Shown here: positions 14,183 to 26,810 of the stretch, one piece after another
Layout of the letters: each line of letters starts with the position of its first letter
Position numbering within the stretch: the stretch's first letter is position 1
DNA from: Trichinella spiralis
Taxonomy: Eukaryota
DNA: 64,000 nucleotides
Assembly: GCF_000181795.1 (NCBI RefSeq)
Contig: NW_003526941.1
Span: 6,616,428-6,680,427, forward strand
Direction of reading: 5' to 3'
Position numbers and translations under genes: made by a program
The notes under the pieces: model-generated
Database searches by the model: none
What the model was told of the DNA's origin: nothing
The model's input: only the letters and a program-made list of their open reading frames with translations

Positions 14183-17100
14183 TAAGCTAACGCTTGCTTG
14201 CTTGGCTTCTTTTCGCGCACATTCAACAGGCGTTTAGTATAGTAGGCGGGGGAAATTTGAAAAGCAAATTGGCCCTGTCGATTTGTACGCATGCAGCTGA
14301 AGCTGAAATCGGTCTATTCATCATTATAAAGGCTGTATTCCCGTGTTCGTATCCAAGTGTCAAATTTCTCAGCGTAGGTGTGCAAAAGGTCGCCAAGGAG
14401 ACTGACCGGCCATCAAAACTGGGGTCGGCCGAGCAGCTGCAAGGGACAAATTGCGTTCGTGTTGAAATCTGAAACTGACCAACCCATCCACAGGTTAAGC
14501 ATTAGAGAAATAAAATGATGAAAAAAAAACTGGGCATCAAGTCAGTCATAAATCAACTCTCAGCGGTCGACAAGCTTCCCAGCGTTCAAGTGTTGGCGGC
14601 ATTTTTTACCCAGATACAACAGAACCAAAGCTTGAAAAGCACGACCCGACCGACTATGACTATGGTTCACCTTCCTCCTCCTCCCCCCCCCCTTTTCTCC
14701 TTACTTTCCTTTGACCAGAACCGAACACTTTTGCACGCAACTGACGCGCAATAGTGAGGGAAGAAGAAAACGGTCGTTTACCGCCACAATAATCAGCAAG
14801 GCGTCGAAATATACTATTGTCCTTTGAAGCTGCATAATCCGAGCTTTTTTCCTGCTGCGCCCTATTGGATACAATTGTCAATGTGCCGACCTTTAGCTAA
14901 ATGTCGCGAGGAAGCTGACGGATTAGTGACACGTGCATGCATAGCGGTCAGCGATTCTTGATGACCCTCAGACAGCTTGAAAACACTCACAAATCACCGC
15001 TGGTGGTGTCAGTGATGCTACGTCAAAATTCTACTCTAGTGCTAACCACCAGATGACGCTCATTCGTATAATTACAACAATAATCACAACAATAACAACA
15101 ATATTTCAAAAAGAAACCCAGAAAACTTACTATTCTTCAATAGTTAGCCATATGAATGAATATATCTGGCAGTATATCTTACTAACTTTATCCTAGCAAA
15201 GAAGCTTTCAGCTTGAACACATTTCCGGGCTGTGGGGCTTTTTTTTTGCTTTCAACGTTCACTTCAATCATTCGAGCGGAAAAGCAATAGAATAATAGTA
15301 TGAAAAATATCTATCGCTCTGAGAACAGAGCAACATTGTTTCTGTAAATCAGTTGTTTTGTTCTTTTTTCTTCCCTTCTCCAGGATGATAATAATAATAA
15401 AATTGACGAGATGTGTTGCTGTTGAAACGAAGCGATCTCATCATCTATATCAGTTGTGGATGGAATTCAATAAACGTAAAAAACAAAAAAAAGCGAAGAA
15501 AATGCAGCTGCAATCTTAGCTGAATTTTAGCATTAGCCGCTAGTTGGATTTGAATGTTCGTTCGGTTGTTTGAACATATTTTTTGCTTTCTTCGTTTCGC
15601 TTCTACTACATCCGGTGTATAAATTGATCAACAGTTGACGTCTGTCTAGAAATAAAAAAAGTTATGGGAATCAATTGTGCGTTTCAACAAGTTTTCATTT
15701 TATGCGTTACTGAGATGATAGAATGATTGTGTTTTTATAAAACATGTTGTTGTTACCTTTTTTTATGCGTAGCACGAGGGTTTGAAGTTTTGATAGTGGT
15801 GATTTAATTTTGTTTCGGTTGAAGTGAAAAATATTATATGACGTTCGATTTTTAAACATTATACAAAAGTAACATTTTATCAGTTTGGACATCACTATCC
15901 CACAGTTACCTAGGCAAAGTATTTTAATATCAAAATTGTTACAAAACAAAACGAAAAAAAAATCACGCATACATTTTTGTGTAGCTTACGTCTAAAATTC
16001 AAAGATCTTAACGATTAACTTTTTCGTTACGTTGAAGGGTTTTTCTTCTTTGATTACTTTTATACACGCACACACGGTTTTTTTCTTTGAAGTGAAATCA
16101 GATTATCATTTTCAAAATGCTTGTTTATTGAAAACAAGTTTGAAATTTAGCTTGCTTTTTATATTTATTTATCGGCTGTGAAAAGTGTAGCTTGTGCCTG
16201 CAAAAGTGAGTCCGGTTGGTTCACATTTGAATAAGAGCCGGGATGAAAGTGGAAAATAAATTTCACTCGACTGATCGGATGTTTAATTTTCAATAGAAAA
16301 AGTGACAAATAAAATCTCCGGCTAGATGATCGATTGAAAATTTTTGCTCACGTTGTTTTTAATCTAGAAATAACTGCTTCTCAAATTGCAAGTGCATGAA
16401 TATATATATTTTTTTCTCCTTCTGCTACATGATGAAAGTGAGAATGTGTCATATCTCTGATGAATTACAGTATTTTCAAAAAAATGCAATATTCTAGTCA
16501 AAATTATTTAAAACTTATTGGATAGATAGAGGAGGGTTGGAAATTTAATTTGCGGTAATATTTAATTTATTTGTCAGTAAATTTTTTTATTGCTCATAAA
16601 TCAACTAATTTTGCTGTGGTGGTGGTTGATTAAAGCGGAAAATTAAAGTGATATAACAGTGATGGGGAAAAGATCGATGATGGAAAATTTGCGTTTTGCT
16701 CAGCAGTAGAATAAATTACAGAAATATTGATGCAACAACAACAACACCAATGTGAAAATAAAATAGTTATAAATAGCTTATGTGTTGCGAATAGTTGAAA
16801 ACAATTTAAATAATACCTGTTTCATGAATAAATAACAAGTGGTTTTTCGTTTCCAATTTTGACATTCTCCATTGACAATATCATAATTCGTGAAAACATC
16901 AAAAGTAACAATAGATCCAACTCTACTGTTGCTTTTCACCGCAAATGCACGATGGGGAGGTATGTGAACAATAACTGTACAATGTTCATCAGGTGCTGCA
17001 TATTGGTTGATCGATGAAAAGTAGAATCGGTGATAGTTTTACATTGTAAGCGGAGACCTTGATCGAACTTGCCCAAGCTAGTGAGTGAGTGATTCAATTT

Positions 17101-20100
17101 TCCATTCGATGAAAAATATGCTCGCTCACATTGAACGTGTTTATCATCACTATTAAGCGGTATAAAATTCCGCCATCGGCGACAGTAAAACTCAAGCAAG
17201 CATCCTATTGCTACAAGCAAGCATTGGAAAATGATGAATATTTTCGTTTCTCTTCTTTCTTTTTTTCACATCCTCACAGATGTGGAATCACAGATGACCA
17301 ATCTGACCAAAGCTGACTGACCATGACCAAACGGGCGTTGGCGACTTTTGGCAAAGCATATGGGTTGGTGTCGGAGGGTGTCGTGAGCCAGATGGGTACG
17401 CGGACCGATTGTCGACTCATGCGTGCGATTGGTTTCGCGTGCGAGGCTTGGCGTTTTGTAAAAATTTTCTTGTCAAACCAATTGTTGTGGACATTGGTCA
17501 GTGGTCGATTACGCGCTCTACTGATTTTTCTTGTCTGAATAAAAACTGCCGACTCTCCAGAGGATGGACGCTAACCATTATTTCATCACCACCAGCACGC
17601 CAACCAAAAACTGCTGCTCTGCTGCTTTTTATCCATTCATTTTGTCGATGTAATCAATCAATTGTAGGATGTGAATTTTTTTTTGAAAAGAAATATCAAA
17701 GAGAAAAAAAAATCCACCAATTATTGTTAATTGTAAAATTTGGGATTTGGAAAATTACAAGCGAATGAGATGTTCGTTGCTATTTTGAAAAAGCTTGAAC
17801 AACCAGTCCACTGAGATGACCATTAAGCAAATATCAGCCCAGGGAAAAGTTTACCATCTGGCTTAGTATAGAGGCAAGGGAGAGAGAGAGTGTGACATTT
17901 TATTGAAACGTTGCTTTGAGGATGACATTTTTTTTCTCCTTCTCTTCCATTCCATTCTGTTCACCAGCTGCACAACGTTGACGGGGAATTTTCAACGCTT
18001 GTTGGCTAAAGGAAAGCTGTTGTCACTTTTTCCACTCCACTGAGCATGTTAATGTGTTTTTTCCAATGTATATTTATGCATATATTTTAGCAGAGGGTGC
18101 GGCCTAGTCTCTGTGTTGAATTTTTCGACGACAGCTGCGTGCATGCATGCATGCACAAGCCGAAACAACGCTGACAACTTTTGCAAATTGTTCCCAACCC
18201 TGAGGGAGTTGTATCTCCTTGTAATTTTTTCTCTTTGTTCTTCTTTTCATCTTTCTCGCATATCTTTTGAAAGAGAAACATTTTCACGGACGATGTGCTG
18301 TTTCCTTTTGGCACTTGTTTTTCAATTTTTCACTGCTTCACAAGCGACAAACAGCTTCTTGTTTCCACGGTCAACTGGCTTTTTCATTTGCAAAAATATT
18401 GCAAATACGACCGGATGTTGAAAATGCATTTGGCATGACAGAATGCACGTCTTCCATCAGAGCAAATAACAATAGTGAACAAATTGTAATTTAAATAAAC
18501 TTTGACGCGTACGTAATTCTTGCTTCTTATTTCACTAGTGTCATCCGTCTATTCTTTCCTACCTCTCCTCTTCTGTCGCTCAGCGTGAAGCATCTTTTCA
18601 CGGACAGCGCACATAAATTACAAATTCACAGCGGGGATTTTCTTTTATTCTCTTATAAGTTTTTTTTCACAATAACGAGGGAAATAATATTTATTATTTT
18701 TTCACCAGCAACTGAGAAAATGTAATTTTGAAAAAAATTTTCAGTGTTTCAAATAAAAAAGCAAAAAATATAGTTACAAATTGTCAAACGATGGCAACAA
18801 CGAACAAAAATATTACAAAAATTGTAACAACATCTATATTATTTTAGATATTTATTTAAATTTGTATATATATTTTTTTTTATTTTGTTTGATGTGAACG
18901 TTTCGAATCAATCAATTTGCTGCTAAGATTGTATGATTTGGTGAAGCGTATAAATTTTGGCATTTTGCAACAATATTTTCAACATTGGGCAGGTGGTGCA
19001 TTGTGGTGGAAAAAGAAAAGATTAGCACAGAATATGAAACAAACTTGCACTTCTCCACTGCTGCCCGATGCAATTTCTTTCGCTTTTTCACTTTCCATTC
19101 ACCGTAGCTCTAGTTGAAAATTGGTGAAGAATAAAATTTGCCCATCTCAAAATAATAATCTCAATCACAAATGCTGCGTAAAAATTCAATTATTGCAAGT
19201 TCAAGAGTTTTGCTAATTAAAATATTCCGCTAATTTTGATGATTCTGTTCTTGATTTCAGTAGAACTGCAGAATACAGTAGATATTGACAATTTCTGACA
19301 AAGTGGTATCCATACATGATGATGGTATCGAAAATTAACTTTCAATCTTGAAGAGAATTTTAATTCTTCTGAAATTGAACTGATATTGAAATTGCTGGAT
19401 TTTGAATGATTTGCGTGAAAAACATTTTTTTTTCTAAATCATATTTGAGGCCAATTCGAAACGTCATAATCGATGTTGATTCAGTTGTGAAATTTGTCGA
19501 TCAGTAATGATTAAGCAGAGTGATCAGATAAAATTTGAAATATTCAAAAATTGAGCAATTTAAACAAAATCAATGTTCTCAGTAAACTAACTAATCGCAA
19601 TCTGTTAATTATGGGAGTTTATTTTAAAAAAAAAATTAATTTTCATTACTTTAAAATCTCTTTGCTTTTGTTATCAGATATGGAAATTTTATCGAAAATT
19701 TGCAAATTTTGATAACTTCTACCAGTGCTGTATGTTATGCGATTGATTGAATTTTCTCTGAAATTTATTTTTAAACTAGCTTCTCTCAGGCATCAGTGCA
19801 AAAATAGATTATTTGCATTGAGCTTTGTAACGTTCGTTTTTCTCTTTAATTTCACATGTAAGAAAAAAAGAAAATTCGAAGCTATTATTTTCTACTATTG
19901 GAATATGTTTATTTTGCAACATTTACAACACAGCAGTGACTCAGTGGGAAAATGCATAAAACGTTGTTTCATTGATTTGAAAAAATTTGTTTTTTTTAGT
20001 TAAATTTATTTTGAATAAATCGCTTTTGGTAAATTGATAATTTCAACGTTTGGTGGGAGAGAAGTTCTTCTCTTCTAGCTCGCGATGAAATAGAATTAGC

Positions 20101-22201
20101 TGAGCGATATGAGATAGCTGCAGTGAAACGTTTGCTTTGAATCACCTTTTGTCACTGCATTATTCAATTTGCTGCTAATCGAAAGCTCGGATAGCTGAAC
20201 TAGGCATAGATGATCAGGTTTGTTTGTCAAAATTGCAACTCACCATTATTCCGCTTTTCTACATTGTTCTGTGAAATCCTATTCACCGTTTTTGTCATAA
20301 TTTTTCTCCAGCAATTTATTTCATAATTGCACTGTATTTGTTTTTCGGTCGTCATCTCATACTGACAATTGTGTGAATATTATTCAATCTCTGTTTAATG
20401 CAAATTATTAATAGAAGCATTGCAAATTTAATGAATTAACTGAACATAATTCAATGATGTTGTTGAAATGAATTGTTTTTTTTTCATCTCGTTGAAAATG
20501 ACTTTGATTTTAACTTTAGAAATATTGTTTGTGATCATATGAATGACAAATATTTTTTTAAAATATACTTAAATTCTTAGGACAACACTTTTCTAGAAAT
20601 ACATTCAGTGAACATATCGATAAATTTCATTTTATAGCTTTTATACTTTTATCTATTCTAGAAATGGTTAAATAGAATTTAAGATTAAAAATATAATGTT
20701 GTACAAGTTCATAATCAGGAATTCTTTTCACTGCTTTTCTATAATGAATGTAAGAAATTTCAACCTGATCTATGTATGTTACTTTCACATGATCATTGAA
20801 CGCGCTAGCTGACCGGAACTATTTCTTTGTAATACTGTGAAGAACCACAGATCAGCTTCATCGAGCGTGTGATGCTTTTGTTTAATTGTGCGTCATTGTT
20901 CAAACTGCTAAACTTGATTTAATTTTCAGCTTTTATTCTAATTCATGATAAGTAGTTAATTTATTTTTTCACAACGTTCTTTGACGACTGTCATTAAAAT
21001 ACAGTTAGTTCTGCATGAGATTATTAATTAATTTTTTTCATATTCTTCTGTATGCATAATTTGCAAGTATTATGTGAAGCTGAATAAATACAATTTGAAC
21101 AATCCTACTTTGAATATACGCGAATCATTTTATTCAAAGAAACTACGCTCAATGTGCGCATAATAAAATGGTGAAAATGTTATACACACTTTGGCGAAGA
21201 ATTCAGTCTTCAAATGTATATTAGCATTAGATAAATAAATTGTAATTGTTTACAGAATTTCAGGCTTACAACAATAAGTACCACAGTACACACGGTTGAA
21301 GGAGAATGCGCTACGTAAAATAATTGTGTCTTTCAATAGATTGATGAGCAAAACAGAATGTGAAAAATAGGCAGTTTTTAAAATGGAAGCTTTTTTTTGG
21401 AAATTAATAGCATGACGGTCACTTTTTAATAAGTCGATTTAGCTGAAAGTGATCATTTCATTTGATAATATGCAGGTGGAGAGTCAAAATTTGTAATAGT
21501 CTGAAAATTGAGAAGAAAACTGAATATACACATCTATATTTATTTGAATTTGAAACATTTGTTTAATGTTTCGAGCTTATTTCAATTTACTTTATACACT
21601 GGTGAATTTTGCATATATTTTTGAGTAATATTTGGATTGTTTTGTAAAAACGAATTTTATCGAAAATTTTTGATTGTAAAAATCTGTGTTCAACTCTACA
21701 TTGTGAATTGTGTATTTTAATTTTTTTATACGATCCATGTAACCTGAATATACTTTTCTTACTGTACATTATTCAACATCTTTACAGCAAGAGAGACGAT
21801 AGCATTGGGCTGTTTCATGTTATGGCTTTTTTTCTTGCATTCATTGACAATGCAAGTGCTGTATAAGAAGAGAGCAACGCTGAAAGCGTTAAACCTTGAA
21901 AGTCGAATTTAACAATGCAAATGAAATGCCACCGTTATATTGGTTACTACATTGTTGAATTGTTGAATGATTGCACAAGAATAAATTGAAGCTGCCGACC
22001 GATTTGCACGCTTTACACGGTAAGTATTGTTTTCAGGTAAAAACGTTCGGACCAGTTCCTTCAATAGTGTTGTTTTATCAATGCCTGTTTTATTTTATTG
22101 TCTGTAGACTAACTGCACATTCATCGAATGATCATTATTTAATTTAATAGACTTATTAAAAATGTATTTTTTTTTTGATTTTTTAGAATTGGTTTTCAGC
22201 G

Positions 22202-25200
22202 ATGTGGAATTTGTTGTTGAGCTTTGTATTGGGCGGCTTGTTTGCAGTTTTCTTACAAATTCTGTTTGTTTATGCCTCCTCTTCACCACCGACGAATTCG
22301 ACTATTCGCAGCTTGCCCCAGTTGAGCAGTTTTCGACTGCCGACGGTAATTTTTAATTTGTTTCATCAAGTATTTTTCAATAAGTTCGTTTATTTGCTAA
22401 GAACTTGAAGCAACTTTTGATCAGCCCCGGATTGTCAGAAAATTTGAAAAAAAAAGAAACTTGCATATCGTTGAACATTTTATTACAATTTCTTTTCCAA
22501 GAGCTGAAAGATAGCAAACGTCTACGACGGTATGGAAACAGAGCAGAATTTGCATATGCTATTTTTGAAATGTGGGCATTTTGTTTGAAAAGAAATATGC
22601 AAATGCTTTTTTTCAGATGGATTTTGAAGAAACTTCGACTGGAATTCAACGATTTACTTTCTCAGTTTGCCGTCAGCAAAGTACTCAGAGACATACGCAT
22701 CGTCCGACTTGACATTGGTTCTCAGTTCCCTTTGATCAAATCTGCTCATGTTGGCCACGTGCAACTATCCGAAAATGAAGACTATTTTGAAGTTTAAATT
22801 TATAATAATTCCTTTCATTATTATTATTATTATTATTATTATTTGCAAATTGTTCTCTTTATTTCAATATTTATTTAAGGATGTAGAAATTGTGCTGGAT
22901 GTCGATTATTTTGGCGGTTTTGATATTTCGCTTAATTTTGTAACAATAATCGACAGTGATGCGTGTTTGTCGGTGAAAATTCCTCGAATCAGTGGAGAGC
23001 TGAGAATTCGCTTTTCCAAGAAACCTTTCACGCATTGGAGTTTTGCATTCACCGAAGTTTGTCTTGATCTTCTTTCATCTCTTTGAAAATAAGAATCAAT
23101 AATTTAGGAACCTCGAATCAACTTTGATATCGATTCGAAATTATTAAAACGAAGTTTACCACAAGTTGTTCCTCTCATCATTACTCAAGTAAGGAACGTT
23201 TTTTATTGTCATTGATTTTGAATTTTGCCCAACGATTGATTCTACAATTGGTATAGTCAAGAAATGATCCCCTTTTCTATATTTGTGGAAATTGATTCAG
23301 TAAATGGTAATTTTTTGTTTATTAACAATTTCAATTTCAATTCACGTACGTACATGTGTTGATAAATTTAACGTGCAGAATTTGGAATGATATTGATTTT
23401 AACGTGGTTAGTTTTAATCGTATTTCTAATGAATGGTCTTTTATATCTTCTGTATGCTTTTTTTCAGCTTTGTTGTTGTCATGTAAAATGAATTAATTTC
23501 TTTTATTCGCTTTTCCATTACATACAAATAATGAATAGGAGAGAAGGTTTTTTTTTAATGTTTTTCATCAATTTATCATGTGTGTTTATTCTGGCTGACA
23601 TATATTTCAAAGAAATTTATTGTTATTAATAAAAAGTGTATGGGGGAAAATGTTAAAAAATGAAATTGTATGCAAATTTTCTTCAATTGAACTTTTTGCA
23701 GTGTTGTCGTTTGTTTTGTTACAGTTTCGACGTATGCTTCGCAAAAAGCACGTTCTACCTGCGTATCGTATTCGATTTACTCCATTTTTTGAAAATCCCC
23801 GTCACCGGCCGTTCCCTCCACATCGAGATTTGTTCTTCATCCGACCAACTGGCTGTTTGTGCATGTCGTCAATTAAATGCGTCGGTTTGAACGTGCTCAA
23901 CGCGCCGCTTGGTCACACGCAAATAATTGTCCAATTCAATGTCGGTAATTTGTGCTTTTAATCGGCATCATGCTTGTATAGTTGATGCCAATTTGTAGCA
24001 TTTTTGATTGTTAAGCATTCATTGAATTCAAGGAAACAAGTTAGCCAGTATGAGTGCGGAAGATAATTTGCCATTTGCGCTGGTGGTGAAGCTGAAGAAG
24101 CTGATGGCTGAAGAAACTGCCGGCCTGACGTTACGCAGGGTTGATGAACTATAATTTTTTCTTAACTTCTTCCATTAATCGAATGAGAATTTGTTTTTTC
24201 AAGATTACTTGTGTAAAAAAGAATTGTCGTGAAGTAACAGTTGTCGATGTGCAGAGAATGTCACCAGCGGCACGTTGTGATTTGCATGTTGGCGACGTGA
24301 TTCTTTCAATTAATGGCATTAGCGTTCATTCGGAACGTCAAGCTATGAAGCTTCTTTCCGATGGCTCGCTTGAGTATGATCTGCTCGTAGAACGAACTTT
24401 GGACAGCAGCGATCATCAACGTACGGTCAGTGTCCAACAGAATCAGCATACTGGTGGAAGTTTGATTGACAATGGAAGATCTTGTCCACGGATGATGATG
24501 ACTGTTGGACATCATTGTCAAGATGAAGAGAATTCAATTCGTCGATCTCGTAGTTGTTTTGAATTGTTGTCCACAAGTGAAGAGGAAAATTCTTCGAGCG
24601 CAGCAGCAATTGGGGACTTTTGTCGAATAGAAATAAATAATAAGACTAATGGTAACGCCGAAAGTGCTGATTTGAACAAAGCTGAAGCCACATCTAGCCC
24701 ACGTAAACGTTGCTGGTCTTATCCTGGAATGATGGATTCGGAAATGCAGTTTCGAACTTCGGACGATGATTTTGAAGTGTTAAATATAGACGATGAGATA
24801 TTGAATGCTGACTGTGTTGAAATGGCAGACAAGTTAACAAATAGCACTGGCGAAGCGTCTGCTAAAATGCCAACTTTGAACAAAACAGCCACATGTAATG
24901 GTGGAAATAATCGAGAATTTTACGAAAAAACTGTATCTGGAATATCATTGGCGTCGGTAAGTTATCACACAGATGTGATGATGATGTATTATGCATAAGT
25001 ACTTTTTTAAAATCAACATTTAAATCGAGAAACAATATTGCTTGTGAAAATAAGATGCTTTCGTCTGATTGCAGGATTTTGTTTTGCACGATCCAGTGGT
25101 GATTCCATTGACAGAACATTGGTCTTATTTGACAATTTCATTGTATACGGTTTCCAGTTCACAAGATTCTTGTTCAATCAGTCGTTCTCCGTTGGCATAC

Positions 25201-26810
25201 GTATGCTAGTCATGATAATGTCGTTGCATTTCGAATGGTCTAGGAAAGCTATCTTCTGTTCAGGTGCCGGTATTTCTGCCCGAAGTACTGTACGAATGTT
25301 CCCTGACCGAGTCGAGAATTCATTTGGAAAAATTCGCTTTAAAATCTGCTGCCGATGTAAAACTGCCAGCGTAAAAAATACAGATACTGTTTCAATTAAC
25401 TGACTTATCCCAAAATTGCTTCTTCGTATGATGATGTTGTTTATTGTAGCGAGTTGAAGTCACTCAGCCGTCATCGAGGATTCGACGCTCAGCTTTGCTT
25501 CGGTGCAATGACGCTGATATTTCAGTGGTATCCGACGAAAAGTTGTGAAACTGTTCTCAGCGAATTTGGCATGGATGCGAATAAGCAAGCATCTTTAGCG
25601 CAGGAATTTGTCGAGCCGTGTGCCAAAGACCAGTCGGCTTCTTCTCGGTAATAATTTAAGCATTGTTTTGTTTTTTGTTCGTTTTGATGGTGAAATTTTT
25701 CACATATTTAAGCGAAGATGATCACCAGTGGGTATCGAAAAGTTTCCAAGAATATCCGTTCTGTTGTGTGTGTTCGAAGAAAATTTGGCTCAAAAGTGCA
25801 CTTCAATGCGCCGTCTGTTTGGCGGCAATTCACAAAAAATGCTTGTCCAAAGCGTATCTGCTTGGCGGCTGTGGTCAAGTGTTGGAGGCGACGGCCAAAG
25901 ATTCAGTGGTGGACAGTTACGACGCCACGGTTGCCGAGGAGGGGACCGACGCGGCCGCCTACGTCGACGAACCCCTGGTGGACGAGAAGCCGCCGGCGCC
26001 GCTATCCCGGACCGGGATTACAAGGGCCAGTGTCCAGTCGGCGGTCAGCAAGCGTTTGGCTAATATAAAATTGAACCGTGCCAGTCTGCGCTTCAACAGG
26101 GCGCCGGTGAAAAATAGCTCGGACAAGTCGCAGCAGAGGTCCACCGATGGCCAGCTTGAGATGAAGCTGCTGACGGGGGATGCGGATTTGGAAGGAGAGT
26201 CGGCGTCGAATGACGAATACAACAACTTGCTGAATTCGTTGGCTTCCGGCGACTGCGATGATCCGAACGATTCGGTGACTTCGTCCATTCTGTACACTCC
26301 ATGCGGCACGTACAACGAGCACGTTATTCGGGCAGCCAAGCTTACGGGAAAGAACCTATTTTCCGACATACCACTGGAAGAGAGAAAAGCGAAAATTAAT
26401 CAACAAGTAATATATATATATATTATATTCATAATTCATGATCCAGAACTACCGGAGTCGATTTATTATCGTTTTTCAAGCATCATGGTGCTTTTTCAGA
26501 TTGACAAATTACAAATGGAAATCAATGCAGTATCGAATTTGCGATTGCAATTTTTGCAACAGCAGAAGAAGTTATCTGCTCCGGATGAAAAATTGGAAAA
26601 AAAGTTGAATAAATTGGACGAGACGTTACAGGTTTGTCGTATTTGGCTATTTATTATTTATTATTATTAGCATTAAAATTGTAATCGTAAATTGTAATTG
26701 ATTATTTATAGGGTTTGGCTGTGTTGATGTTGCACTATTGTGCAGGTTTGCAAAATTGTCAAGAAAATGAAACTGAAGAATCGGAACAAAATGCAGAACA
26801 TGAAAGCTGA
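22202..26810 (+). CDS. PDZD8: PDZ domain-containing protein 8 orthologue (ER contact-site lipid-transfer protein: TM, SMP, PDZ, C1, coiled coil)
   Basis: N-terminal TM (MWNLLLSFVLGGLFAVFLQILF); SMP motifs ETCISLNILLQFLFQELKD and SGELRIRFSKKPFTHWSFAFTEEP; PDZ (SPAARCDLHVGDVILSINGISV); C1 finger (H..CCVCSKKIWLKSALQCAVCLAAIHKKC); C-terminal LAVLMLHYCAGL. Inferred exons 22202-22345, 22402-22529, 22617-22791, 22880-23056, 23108-23188, 23725-23944, 24033-24139, 24204-24956, 25075-25200, 25264-25370, 25450-25647, 25713-26406, 26500-26631, 26712-26810(TGA). Confidence 0.92.

Noticed and set aside
25718..26369. Overlapping and antisense ORFs within PDZD8
   Set aside because: Expected by-product of the GC-rich exon; no recognisable protein features.
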